This document shows positions 13,860 through 26,553 of a DNA stretch of 64,000 nt, one piece after another (the first letter of the stretch is position 1; the number at the start of each line of letters is the position of its first letter). The stretch lies in assembly GCF_052425735.1 (NCBI RefSeq), contig NC_135770.1:19964001-20028000 (forward strand). Direction: 5' to 3'. Made by a program: the position numbers and the translations under genes. The DNA comes from Oculina patagonica (Eukaryota). A model generated the notes under the pieces. That model searched no databases. It was not told where the DNA came from and was given only the letters and a program-made list of their open reading frames with translations.

Positions 13860-14940
13860 CTCATGAGCACACTGCCCATATATGGTCAAAATGTTAACGT
13901 TATCTGTCATCCGTACATAACATATATCCTGTGATATATGTAGGTTGCGAAGATTCGTCCGAAATCTCGTAAAACGCTGCATAATTACAGTTTTTCTATC
14001 TGCAAAATGTGTTTCGTTGACAATTTGTTGAATAGGTAAAGTCTGCTTCGAGCCTAGTGGCCCATACAGGCCGGAGCTTATCTCGGTTTCCGTAGCATTA
14101 AGCGACTAGGAGAATTGTTACTCCCCCCTGGATGGGAAGCTAGTCCATCGCAGGGTTACCCCCCACAGTAAATTCGCCGGTACCCATTTATACACCTGGG
14201 TGGAGAGAGGCACTGTGAGAGTAAAGTGTCTTGCCCAAGAACACAACGCAGCGCCCCGGCCAGGCCTCGAACCTGGGCCGTTCGACTTGGAGGCGAGCGC
14301 GCTAACCATTAGGCCACTGCGCCTCGAATTTGTTGAATAATAAAACAATTATCCTGCTCAATCTTGTGGAATATCCTCTGATTTTAGCCAACTTGGCCAA
14401 CGGCCTCGTCGGCTAAGTATCAGGTGATATTCCGCGCGATTTTGCAGGATAATTGTTAAATATATAACATATAATGAATATAGCCCACCCGGGACTCACT
14501 CCACTAGTGCCATGGTGTCTGAGGCACCCATTGAACTCCCGTACCATTTACTTGTGGGTTCCCCACCTTAAGCCGGGTTTACACAGGCAATTTTCATTTG
14601 ACAAATCGAAATATATTCAATATATTTGTAATTATTATCCAACAGATGCGTACGCTGCCCATATATGGTCAAAATGTTAACGATATCTGTCATCCGTACA
14701 TAACAGATATCCTGCAATATTTGTAAGTTGCGAAGATTCGTCCCAAATCTTGTAAAGCGCTGCATAATTACAGTTTTTCTACGTGCAAAATGTGTTTTGT
14801 TGACAATTTGTTGAATAATAAAACAATGATCCTGCTCCATCTTGCGGAATATCGTCTGATTTTAGCCAACTTGGCCTACGGCCTCGTCAGCTAAGTATCA
14901 AGCGATATTCCGCGCAATTTCGCAGGATAATTGTTAAATA
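13860..14940. repeat. Two direct copies of a ~300-bp hairpin-ended element (13860-14460 and 14640-14940)
   Basis: catatatggtcaaaatgttaacg...ggataattgttaaata occurs twice. The first copy is interrupted by a SINE. Confidence 0.8.
14035..14326 (-). mobile_element. Complete tRNA-derived SINE (family A)
   Basis: Minus-strand head with A box tggcctaatgg and B box ggttcgaggcc, CORE-like cttgggcaagacactt region. 13-bp TSD aatttgttgaata (14022-14034, 14327-14339). The empty site is visible in the paralogous copy near 14805. Confidence 0.9.
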
Positions 14941-16115
14941 TTTGTTGTGTCATCTACATTAACAAATTAATTCCTATTTAGCACTCCAAAGTGTATTGCG
15001 CCAGTAATGACCTATAGTGTTCAGTGGGAATTTGGGGACCACGTATGTTGATGCAATATTTGCCACATTTTATGTGGCAAATATTTTGTCACACAAGAGG
15101 TAACTCTCCAGCTTGTCAACGAGTATATTTGTCACATAAAAATTGACTAGTTTTTCTCATCTAAATGAACAAATAAGTCACATGAAAATTGCTTGTGTAA
15201 CCTCGCCTTTAGAAATCCTCCTTGCCATCTTTTCTTCTCCCACCTCCCATCCCCTCCTCCCCCTATTTTCCAGGCTTCCCCCCGCCACTTACACATTGCT
15301 TGGTAGGTTAAGATCTACTTCCTTGAGACAAACTGCTAGTCCAGGAGTTTTCCTGCATTCTGAAGATATGATATGCTAGGTTTCAGCAACTCTTGCTAGG
15401 TCCTTATCAAAAAGTTAAGGGTTTAGATATTGGAGCAGATCCTCCCTGTATTATAATTTTTTGAGTACCCTCCCAAACCCGGAGGCCAACAAGTATCGGT
15501 AACACTGTCAGTTTTGTATAGCACTGCCGTGCCCCATTTGGAGGTGAATTACAATATAAAAGGCAGTGGAATAACTATTTCCACCAAACAACAAATTGTT
15601 TCTCACAGTTCTATACTACAAAAGTCAAAACTGAAAAGGTGTATATCAAGTGCACATAACAGTTTTCACTGGTCAGTAATTTATCTGGTAGATACATGGA
15701 GGGTGGATACCAGGAGGCCGTTCACCTGGTGGTTTGACCTGGGCGCAAAAAGTGGCATTCTGAGCAAAAAACATGATGCATTTCTTTTTTTTCATATTCT
15801 AAACAATAACATAGTTCTGTTCAAAACTAGAACAAACAATAACAATTTCCCAATTATTTCACTTCACATGTGATTGCTGACTTGTTCATAATTCTCTTAA
15901 CATTCTTCGCTCACGCATGGGACCAAAAATGGCCTTAAGGATATCATCTTAGACATACATGTAATCATAAAAAATTAATGATAAACAAAACATTTCAAAT
16001 TTGCTTCTGTAAACTTAAAGGTGTTGCCTTTGAGTTTTGTTCACCTACAAATCCAACTGGCACTGTTCAATCGACATTAACAAAAATACAAATTGCCGAT
16101 TAAGGTTTGGAGAAT

Positions 16116-18489
16116 TTACTCTCGAAATGGTGAGTCTTTAGACAGCAGGAGAGACCATCCTTGAAATGGCTGAACAGACACTGAATCTGAAGTGTCGTCA
16201 GTATGGATGGTAAAACCCGGCATTCCTGCCACAAGTTTGGCAGTGTCAGTCACACCATCCATGTGATTGATGTCGACACCAGCTGGTTTTCTGAGCTGGA
16301 GTGGTAAACTGACCAGGCCGCTCGTCATCTGGCTGATATCCATGTCATCTTTCCTGCCCTCCAAAAACTCGGTTATCCATCCCCTGTAACGATACTTGCC
16401 CTCAATGACCATCCCCGAGCCGTAAGCATTCTCATAAGTGATAACATGACTCCACCATTTCCGATCTGGCTTGCCCTTGTAAGTAGCCAACAATTTGCTG
16501 AACACTAGCTCCACAACATTCCACCACTCTGATGTCAAGCCAAGATTGTACTGTATCGGTTCAAGCAGTGTTCGCAGTACCTTCAGTTTGGATTTTAGTT
16601 TTTTCCAGTCATCTTCAGTGCCTAGCATCTCAATTGCAGGGATTCCGCAACCTCCAAGCATGCTGTAAATAAAATACTCTTGAACTGAATACATCAATGT
16701 GATCTGCGAAACGATCTTCTGTACTGCAGTTGTGGTGCTGAAGTCCGCCGTCATTCCATCCACGAACTCAGGTACTTTGACATTCTCTTGTATTCCCTTC
16801 CCTATTTGATCAAAGAACCAACTGTAGTCAACGGTATAGATGCTTCGATCAGGTACTTCCACTTCAATGGTTTTCTATAATAACAATATTAATATTATTA
16901 ATAAAATGATGATGATGATGGTGTGTCTTAAGTCCAACTTTTTATTATGCAAATTCCGCAAAAACATGTTTTATTGTTTTGTCAACCAACATGGCCGCCT
17001 TGTCACGTGGTTGCAAACCAAGAATTGAATTTTTTCCCGGTTCTCGGTTTCTCGTTCTCCGTTACTCTGTTTAGTAACACCCCTCATGTGTATTTAAAAG
17101 CTTACCTTTCCCTCGTGATCAACAAACATCTTGCGAACGGACTCTTCCTTCGCGTTTCTGTCGATAGCCCCGACGATTCCAATCAATGAGTATCAATAAT
17201 CAATAAAATCAATAGTTATCAATAATAATCAATTGATTGATATTGATTGATATTGATAATCAATTAAAATCAAAGCCGCAATGTTGAGTGATTTTCGATT
17301 TTCATTGATTTTCATTGATTGCCATTGATTGTCATTGATTTCTATTGAAAACTTAAATCGGTTTTATTTTTATTTTTTTTTTTAATAAATCTCACGGACG
17401 AGGACAGAGACCCAATTTTATTTCTGATATCCGATTACTGAAGTAAAGTACCACAGAAACAACAGTAATAATTAACAGTAACTTTTTATTATATTCATTT
17501 CTTTGCTGTATCATCCTATTGACATGTATTGACAACTATTTCAAACATGCATTTCCTGCAATTTAGTTGGTGTGTTCGTTTATATGACATTAACAATAGC
17601 GTTACTCGAACTAGACTTCAATATTGTTTCGTTTTCTCAATTCTAGATAGATCAGTGCAATCAAACAGAAACAATTTAACAATTTAATAAAATTTAACAA
17701 TTTAATAAAATCGACTACACAAGAAATAGAAATCTTCACAGACATGGCGCCGATGATGTGTTTCAGTGTGTTTGCAAACGCGCCGGGAAACGCGTTAAAT
17801 CAAGCAAATGCCTTTGTAGCCGGGTTTTTACTGTTGCACAATCAGCTATTGATTATCAATTAAAATCAATGAAAATCAATGAAATTAAGACGGCTCGGTG
17901 AGTGATTTTCGATTTTTATTGATTATGTAAATTAATCAATATCAATCAATTGATTACTATTGATTAATATTGATTATATTGATTGAAATCAATGATTGAT
18001 TTTCATTGATTGAAATCGTCGGGCGATAGCGCAAGCCACTCGTCTGATAACACTGAACCACCAGTCATCTGGGGAGGTTCGTAATTTCCAGTGGTTGTTG
18101 TAGGCTGTCAGAACGGCAGAAAACAATCCGCAATTTCCAAGCGAATAAATGCTCTCCGTTGATCCCAAGGCGGCAATCATATCTTGTGGAAGAGAGTAAT
18201 TTACCCCCGTATTTGGATGGTAGACAGCTCTTATTTCTCGTTCCGAGGATTGACCCAGCGAGTAATCCTTGATCAACTGTTTTGCTTGGCTGGGTACAAG
18301 TTTGCTGTCTTCGACTTTGACTGGAACCAGATTGATGGCAAGAAGGACAGAATTGACACTCACTCCATCGACCGTGGTGTGTTGACTAATAACAGGAGCC
18401 TTAGCTTTGTTCTTAGCCATCGTGCAAACGGTAAACAAGCAACAGAATTTTCCAACAGTCAGAACAGCCAGAAATCACACTTTGAGCAT
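16116..18489 (-). pseudogene. DUF4419-like copy 1 (two exons, MITE-disrupted, stop in signal peptide)
   Basis: Exon 2 16116-16874; GT-AG phase-0 intron 16875-17105; exon 1 split by a MITE at 17169-18023, and the frame is restored if the MITE and one TSD are removed. Leader reads MLKV*FLAVLTVGKFCCLFTVCTMAKN. Family motifs AYNNHWKLRTSPDDWW, ADFSTTT, CGIP and YRGWITEF are present. Confidence 0.8.
17169..18023. mobile_element. MITE inserted in the copy 1 coding exon
   Basis: TIR cccgacgatt(c/t)caatcaatga, 7-bp TSD cgatagc, subterminal attgat/atcaat arrays. Confidence 0.9.
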
Positions 18490-20519
18490 CACTTTAGCAT
18501 CGCATGTGACCACTGAGCCGAGAGGAGAATGGGTTCCACTGGTCTTAACGCGGGAAATTTTTGCGCGGGAACGCACGAGACTTCACCCATTTGCGCGCGT
18601 TTTGGACGCGTTTTACAAGACCGCACAAGTTGCTCGGCAACTTTTTGGCAACTTTTCATACTTCGAGCAACTGTTTTTTCCCCAAGAGCATTTTTTTTTA
18701 ATTTCGAACAACTTCTTGTGTTCGGAACAATTTCTAGACCGAAGATTGTCCGAGTGTTGTTCGAAGGTGATATGCACGTTTGGAACGTCTTTCGACCTTT
18801 TTCGAAGATTTGTGAGCTGAGGTTTACTAAAGACTTCCGAAGAATATCCGAAGAGGCACGTTTTGAATATTTTTAGAGCAACTTTTTGGGAAATTTCGAG
18901 CAACCTATGAACAGCCCTACTCCTCAGAACATCCAAGAACTCAGGTGAAAAGAGTTGCATTGTACTTAAATACAGAAAACAGGTAAGCTTAATATAAAAC
19001 TGATGTTGAAACTTGCTTTTCAGGTCAAACTTTAACTGTCGTTTTCACATGTTCACCCAAGGTTGAACTAGGAACAAATTTAAAGCACTCTAAAAAGAGT
19101 CATGGGCTCCAGCTAAAAACAGCTGGTTCCATCAAACATTTTTCCTTTTCAAAAGTTGTATAGGCCTGGTCGGAGACTTATAACAAAATTCAAGTTTTAG
19201 AAGCCATCTGGAGTCATAATCGGTTGTGGTTCCTGAAGTCATGGTTAATAATTGATTAAGTTCCTAGGCCTCTATTTTCGTCGCGGTCAACACAGTTCCG
19301 GTTCGTCACGAAACAAGTAGTAACGTCATAGGACCGCGAACACCTGGGAAAAAGCCGACAGGAACTAGGCAAGGTTATAAATAAGGGCAGGTGCCCCAGG
19401 AGGGGGTGGTGTCTTTAAAAGAAACAGTACATGGTGCCTCAACATGGTAAAGTTGAGAACGTGCTTTTTTGAGCTCAAGCAACACTCAAAGTTATTATGA
19501 CACCTCATAACCATGGAAACAACCTTGAAAACAAAGCCTCGTTGATAGTCTACCAATACAAACAAAAACCTTCTTTGCCTCCACTCTCGTAAGCGACTAA
19601 CTCCAGTTATGACCACCATTGTAAGGATAGTGAAACCCTGTTTCAATTGTCACTCAACATAAGTAATTTAAAGCACTCATAAGCAAAAAAAGTGAACATT
19701 AAGTCATGCGCATCTTTCTAGCTTTTCTCTGGAATACACCTACATGGGCAGTATAAGGAAAGAATATAGATGACGAATTTTTGAAAGGGGGGGGGGGGCA
19801 GGGGGTTAGATGTTAAAGTAGCATGAGTCACAAGTATGTTGTGTTATACCTAATTATTATGCCTTGTTGAGGCACTTTGGCACCAATTTTTTTAAGTCCA
19901 TATAAGATTAGTCAAGTATTGATGCACAGATGCAGCCTGGGGAAGGGCGTTGAGTTGGCGAAAGTGCCCTGAGAAGATTGGTGGAGTATGTTAAGCTTCC
20001 TGAAACCATTACCGTTTCAAATCAAAACACGAATTTCCCTACCCTACTGAAACTTGATCCAAAAATTGATACGCTATTTCAGATCTATCAAAACAGCTCG
20101 AAACCATATCCTTTAGAGCTGCACATACCTGTAAACTGATTGATACGAGTGAGAACTACCTCAAGGTGATGCATTTTGTGTTTATATAAACAAACTACCG
20201 GTAAGACATTTACATCCACTTTGATATGAATCTGAAATCTATTTTTATTTTGAATGTGTGTTTGCTGGTACAAAAGGTTGGAGCAGTCAATAACAACTGA
20301 ATTGCAAAATGAAACTGATGAGTTTCGATCACATCTGCTTCCTTCAGTTCAAAGTTTTTGTTGCCTTTCTTTCACCCACTAAAACTGTCACTTTTGAGGA
20401 ACTAATCTCTACTTAAACAATATACTTTAACAAAACTCCAAATAATTTAATTCAAGCGTTCCTCTTATCCTCTTGGTAGTCCAGATTACCTTGTTTGAAT
20501 AAGTCTTTACTCAGAAGCT

Positions 20520-21713
20520 TTAATACTTGCAAAAAGGAGAGTCTTTAGACAGCAGAAGAGACCAGCCTTGGAATGGCTGTACAGACACTGAATCTGAAGT
20601 GTCGTCAGTATCAACGGTAAATCCCAGCATTCCTGCTACAAGTGTGCCACTGTCCTTCACACAGGAGACAGGGTCTTCAATGGTCAGCGGAACAGTAACA
20701 ACACCAGTTGACATGTCGTCAATTTCCAACAGGTCCTTCTTTCCCTCCAAAAACTCGGTAATCCAGCCCCTGTAAGATTTTTGCCCGCCTGACCCAAAAC
20801 TTTCCTGGTAGCTGATAATATGACTCCACCACTCCCTATCTGGTCTCCCGTGGTAAGTAGCCAATAACTCGCTGAAGACTTTCTCCACCAGATCCCACCA
20901 TTCCGATTCCAAACCAAGATCTTTCTCTATCGGTTCAAGCAGTGTTCGCAGTATCTTCAGTTTGGATTTTAACTTGCTCCAGTCGTCTTCAGTGCCTAAC
21001 ATCTCCACTGCAGGGATTCCACAGTCAAGTATCATTTTAAAATGAAAATACTCTTGAACTGAAGACATCAATGTGATCTGCGAAACGATTTTCTGCACTG
21101 CAGTTGTGGTGCTGAAATCTGCCGCCATTCCATCCACGAACTCAGGTACTTTGACATTCTCTTGTATTCCCTTCGCTATTTGATCAAAGAACCAGCTGTA
21201 GTCGACGGTGTAGATGCCCTGGTTAGTTACTTTCACCTCGATGGTTTTCTTTTCTTCGTGATCAACAAACATCTTGCGAACGGTCTCTTTCTTCGCATTT
21301 TTGTCGATAGCGGAGGCGACTCGTTTGATAACACAGAACCACCAGTCATCTGGCGAGGTTCGTAGTTTCCAGTGGTTGTTGTAGGCTGTCAGAACGGCGG
21401 AAAACAGTCCGCAATTTCCAAGTGAATAAACGTTCTCCGTTGATCCCACTGCGGCAATTACTCGATTAGGAGAATCGATTTTACCTAGCATCGAACCTAG
21501 CAGCTTCCTCTCAATCGCTGAGGCTTCGTCATTTGTGTTTTGAGAATCTTGCGCGTACTCGTTGAACAATTCTTTGGCTTGGCTTTGTACAAGCCTGCTG
21601 TCTACAAACTTAGAAGGAACGAGGTTTTCGGCGAGAACAACACAAGTGATTTTCAATCCATCGGCGGTCGTGCGCTGACTGATAAGAGGCGGCTTCGTTT
21701 CGTAGTTACCCAT
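20520..21713 (-). CDS. DUF4419-like protein copy 2, intronless, ~397 aa (starts MGNYETK)
   Basis: Uninterrupted ORF with first in-frame ATG at 21713. Motifs AYNNHWKLRTSPDDWW, FSTTT, CGIP and GWITEF match my recollection of DUF4419 (PF14388); needs an HMM check. Confidence 0.85.
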   Translation of the reverse strand: MGNYETKPPLISQRTTADGLKITCVVLAENLVPSKFVDSRLVQSQAKELFNEYAQDSQNTNDEASAIERKLLGSMLGKIDSPNRVIAAVGSTENVYSLGNCGLFSAVLTAYNNHWKLRTSPDDWWFCVIKRVASAIDKNAKKETVRKMFVDHEEKKTIEVKVTNQGIYTVDYSWFFDQIAKGIQENVKVPEFVDGMAADFSTTTAVQKIVSQITLMSSVQEYFHFKMILDCGIPAVEMLGTEDDWSKLKSKLKILRTLLEPIEKDLGLESEWWDLVEKVFSELLATYHGRPDREWWSHIISYQESFGSGGQKSYRGWITEFLEGKKDLLEIDDMSTGVVTVPLTIEDPVSCVKDSGTLVAGMLGFTVDTDDTSDSVSVQPFQGWSLLLSKDSPFCKY

Positions 21714-22007
21714 CAGTCGGGTGAGGAGCAAGAAAACAAAACACAAGACGAGAGCTACCGAGGACTGATAACGTAGGACTGATAACGTAGAGTGAGAAAA
21801 TATTCACAAAAGGTAGGAGAATTTTTTTATGGAATGAGGTCGACTGCCTGCTCTCGCGGTAGGTACGTTATGTATGGAAATTTTTGTGTCCCCAGATCCG
21901 CTGAGCGAGGTGAGCGCAGGCGATGGATCCCTCCTCGCGTCTCACGTGACCGACCCTGCGTTTTTTCCGCGGTGCCGTCTGAAGTACACCCACGCGACGT
22001 TTATGTG

Positions 22008-22705
22008 ATGAAGTCTTTGTAATTTTTTGTCGTTTTTTTGTTTTATTTCAATCTTGCTTTCTGCCAAGCCTTGCTTGTCAAACTACACTGGTGCAGTCTA
22101 CGAGCATGTTACATTCTTTGTCGTTGAAAACAAGACTGAATTAACTCACCCAGCTAGCAGCTTTGGAAGTCATGCAGAAGAACCTCGACGTTTACCTTAT
22201 TGTTATTTATTTTCGCGGGACTTAATTTTCGCGATTTTCAAAAAATCGCAAAATTAAAGACCCACGAAAATTTATTTCAAACGTTTCTATTGTACTTTTT
22301 ATGTTAATTTCGTATTTTTGGCCAAATCGCGAAAATTAAGTCCCGCGAAATATTCCCGTTCTATTTTCGCGAAATTAAGTTCCCGCGAAAATAAGTAGCA
22401 ATAAGGTACCAAACAGAGGCAGTCCTGGCAAAATCCAAGGGTGCCGACATCAAAGTCTTTCCAGAGGATGGTTTGTATGGCTTTTACTTTACACGCGAAC
22501 AAATCTTTCCTTTTCTTGAAATTATCACGGATCCATCAAAGATGGAAAATGTTGGATTCCCTGCAGAGATCCCGATCGTTTCGACAACACTGAAGTGTTA
22601 GGGGAGCTGAGCTGCATTGCGCAAAACTCTTCCATTGCGGTGGTTGCTAACATGGGCGATGTGCAGTATTGTGACAAGTCGGATCCACACTGCCCCGATG
22701 ATGGC
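22008..22705 (+). pseudogene. Truncated vanin/pantetheinase pseudogene
   Basis: Near-identical to 34241-34722, with a stop at codon 5 (ATG AAG TCT TTG TAA), small indels, a MITE insertion, and truncation after CDKSDPHCPDDG. Confidence 0.9.
22195..22406. mobile_element. Tc1/mariner-type MITE in the vanin pseudogene
   Basis: ccttattg...ttcgcggga / tcccgcgaa...caataagg TIR with TA TSD. The empty site is seen in the intact gene (gtttaccaaac, ~34421). Confidence 0.9.
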
Positions 22706-23561
22706 TGCGGGGGCAATAATAAAAAAACGCTTTATTTAACCACAATCTGTATTAAAGCAAATATATGCTCGAGGGGTCGTGTGTACGTGTGACTTACTAC
22801 TTACCTAAGAAAAATTAATATTACACTGTAATAAAATGAAATGAACGATATTATATTTTAACAAGAAGCTCTCAAAGCTTAAAACTGACGTGACCAGCCT
22901 ATGGGAAAATTGTGGGGAGACAAAAAAATGCACCCCCCCCCCCCTCCGCCATGCCCATTATCCGCGTCATTTGTGTTGCGACTTACAAACAAAAGGTAAG
23001 AAGACACCTTGTGTGACATTTCATGGTTGACGAGTTCCATCTGCAATTAATTATTTTTCTTATATTCTAATGCTGGCCAAATTTTATCCCCACGATCCTG
23101 ATCCGTGAAGCCAAAAAGTCTATTAAACCAGCATCCAGTGCTGTATCGAATTGCTGCTTAAACATTGAATAACTCGATCTAAAAATGGAAAATTGAAGCA
23201 GATAATTAAATCAATTTTTTGCTGAACTTCTTCCTGGTACACGCGGAAGAATAGTTCGGAATTGATCTTGCGTGATGACATGTCTTTCAGTGACAGCTTA
23301 GAGGACCAACAACTTAACTCAGCCAATGAGTATGTTTTATTGCCAGCCCAATATTTCGAATTATTAAAGCATAGACGGCAACTCATTTGCAGATTATTCG
23401 TTTCTAATAATCAATGAGCCAGCAATTTCGACATAAGCCTACCGCCTTTAGCTGCTATTAAAAGCTGCTGTTCCTACTTAAAACTAAAAAGAACTAAAAA
23501 GTGGAACTCAGTGAATGTAGGCTGTGGCATTGCTTGGGGGTTACTCTCCCTATAGAAGCTA

Positions 23562-24128
23562 CAGTCAACTCTCTCTAAGACGGACACCTTCGGGACCGGC
23601 CGCAGCTGTCCGTCTTGGAGAGGTGACCGCTCTGTAGAGAGTCGAAGTAACACGACACCAGTAATTCTGAGATAATAAAGCTAAACCTTTGCACAATGCA
23701 ACAAACCTTTGCTAACTGCAACAAGATTACAATAATAAAAGGACCGTATTTGCTTGTTAAAGCAAAAATTGAGAGCTTCTACGCAAACTGTAAAACTGTA
23801 ATTAGAAAATGACCTGTGCGACCTCTTAACTGCCCATACACGTAAGCAGAAAAGTGATGTTTTTGGTTAGTAAGCTTGGTATACACGTATTCTTAGGTCG
23901 CTGACTAACTTTGCTTTAGGTCAATACGAAGTTTGGAAGTATTTTCACTAACAAAACATGATAAAAAAAATTTCTCAAGTGTCCGTTAATGATTTTAAAG
24001 TGTCCGTTGTCCGCAGTAGAGAGGTGTCCGTCTTATAGGGAGTTTGGTTACAGTAAAATGACAGAAAAACGGCAGGGACCGTCACCAGGTGTCCTTCTTA
24101 TAGAGGTGTCCATTAAGAGAGTTGACTG
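23562..24128. mobile_element. Tc1/mariner (pogo/Tigger-like) MITE
   Basis: cagtcaactctc / gagagttgactg TIR with TA TSD. Empty site in the paralogous spacer near 52271. A shorter copy is at 46031-46220. Confidence 0.9.
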
Positions 24129-24487
24129 TATAATATTGTAGTAACTAGGGAAATAAAGTCACGCTATCGTGTTTGCTACACATAATATTTAGAGACTATT
24201 TTAAAACTGGCCATTACGTAAGGCAGCTTTCATTTCGAAAAATAAACTTAACCTTTTAGAATCTGGCTTTAACCACTGGTTAAATTTGTCATAATTGAAA
24301 GCAGCCTCTTGAGTATCGGCAGAATTCAAAGCTTTTGTTGCCTTAATTTTGCCAACTAGTAAAGTCTCTATTTTGTCGTCTGTATGTGCTTAATCCACAT
24401 AAACAAAGCTAGAAATTGTCCAACTGTTTCTTCTGGCAATTCAGATTACGTTGTTTGAATAAGTCTTTGGAGACACGTCGTTGGAGC

Positions 24488-25636
24488 CTACTTGAGAAAT
24501 GGTGAGTCTTTAGACAGCAGAAGAGACCATCCTTGGAATGGTTGTACAGACACTGAATCTGAAGCATCGTCAGTGTGGACAGTGAAACCCAGCATTCCTG
24601 CGACAAGCTTGGCATCATCCTTCACACAAGAGACGGGATCTTCCATGATGAGTGGAACAGTGACAAGGCCAGTCGTCATGTTATAGATTTCCGTGGGACT
24701 TTTCTCTCCTTCTAGGAACTCGGTAATCCAGCCCCTATACCCTGAGGTTCCACCTGACTCCCAAGCACGTTTGTAGCTCATAATATGACTCCACCATTTC
24801 CTATCTGGTATCCCCTGAAAAGTAGCCAGTAACTTGCTGAAGACGTTTCCCACTAGATCCCACTACTCCGATGACAAACCAAGATCTTTCTCTATGGGTT
24901 CAAGCAGTGTTCGCAGTACCTTCAGTTTGGAATTTAATTTGCTCCAGTCCTCCTCAGTGCCTAGCATCTCCAATGCAGGGATTCCGCAGAGAGTCCCCAT
25001 CCTAAAGTCGAAATACTCTTGAACTGCATGCATCAATGTGATCTGCGAAACGATTTTCTGTACTGCAGTTGTGGTGCTGAAATCCGCCGTCATTCCATCC
25101 ACGAACTCAGGTACTTTGACGTTATCTTGTATTCCTGTTGCTATTTGATCAAAGAACCAGCTGTAGTCGACTGTATAGATGCTTGTGTCGGGCACAATCA
25201 CCTCGATGGTTTTCTTTTCTTCGTGATCAACAAACATCTTGCGAACTGACTCTTTCTTCGCGTTTTTTTCGATGGCGCAAGCGACTCGTTTGATAACACA
25301 GAACCACCAGTCATCTGGGGAAGTTCGTAGTTTCCAGTGGTTGTTGTAGGCTGTCAGAACGGCAGAAAACAATCCGCAATCTCGAAGCGAATAAATGTTC
25401 TCAGTTGACCCCAAGGCGGCAGTCATTTCATTAGGACGATCGAATCTGTTCTGTTTTAAGTGTTTTCTTTCTTGCGCGTACTCGTTGAGCAATTCCTTCG
25501 CTTGGCTTTGTACAAGCCTGCTGTCTTCAAACTTAGAAGGAACGAGTTTATTGGCGAGCACGACACAATTGATTTTCAATCCATCGGCCGTCGTTCGCTG
25601 ACTGATAAGAAGCGGCTTGGTTGCGTTGTTGCCCAT
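24488..25636 (-). pseudogene. DUF4419-like copy 3, single nonsense codon
   Basis: TGG>TAG at 24863-24865 (SE*WDLV versus SEWWNLV). The rest is in frame and very close to copy 4. Confidence 0.85.
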
Positions 25637-26523
25637 CGTGTGAGGAGCAAGAAAATAAAACACACCACGGAAGCTACCGGGGGCTGATAATGTAGAATGA
25701 GAAATTATTCAAAAAGCTTTTAAATATTCACAAAAGGTTTCAGGAGAAATGTAGTTGAAAACACCACACGCAGCCACGCGCACAGTTCTGACTTCCTCCT
25801 GTCCGCTGAGCGAAGTGATTGCAGGCGATGGATCCCTCGCTTTCGCGTGACCCACCATGCGTGTCCCTGCGTGAGCCGAAATTAGTCGACTAGACACACG
25901 CGACGTTAGACTTGCCCCAAGTCGCTCGTTTTTTAATCGGGCGGGGCCTGGGCCCGATTCATAATCTGCACAGAATTTTTAACCGGGTGGGGGTCTGTGC
26001 CCCCCGGTTCATAATCTACCTTCGGTTTTTTTTTTTTTAGTTTTTTTGTCGGTAGGGCATTGAAGGTCACGCATGTTGATTGGCTTAAAACAGGTCATCT
26101 TTCATCACCCACTGAAATGCCAGTGGAGGAAGGAGGGGAGGGGAAATGTTTTAATTACTTGCCACTTGAGGGATTAAAATTACGTGCGTTATACGCGTTT
26201 TCCGTGTGTTTAACTCAACAACAAATCATCGCTTAGACCACAGAGCAAAATAGAATTGCTGCTCAGTTAGAAATGACCGAATATATGAGAGTCAAGTTAT
26301 ATATTATGCGTTTTAAAAGTAGAACGAAAACAACTCTGATATCTCTACCTTCAAAGTCTTCAAAAGCGATCAAAGTGCCTTTGACCTTTAACACTGATGG
26401 CCGAGTATCGTATATCGCATGTCACGCTTCAACATAACGCACTTCTTGTTGAACAGCAACAAAAGGAAATAAAACGCTACTGGGTATACGTCTAAAAGCC
26501 TTAGGCTTTCTTGTTAGCTAAAA

Positions 26524-26553
26524 CATAGTTAGTAGAGGTGACTACTAACTATG
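26524..26553. mobile_element. 30-bp TIR-only remnant (P-element-like excision footprint)
   Basis: Perfect 12-bp TIR catagttagtag/ctactaactatg around a 6-bp spacer, with a 7-bp TSD gctaaaa. Confidence 0.75.

Noticed and set aside
17169-18023. Copy 1 MITE being spliced out as a new intron
   Set aside because: Its ends are CCC/GGG with no GT-AG at the junctions, and the 7-bp TSD would shift the frame.
20314-20335. Other CTGATGA motifs (~20315, ~48029, ~56556) as hammerheads
   Set aside because: No stem II plus GAAA plus stem III/I arrangement.
24863-24865. Programmed stop readthrough in copy 3
   Set aside because: The TAG replaces a Trp codon found in all other copies, and no recoding signal is evident. 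A simple nonsense mutation is more likely.
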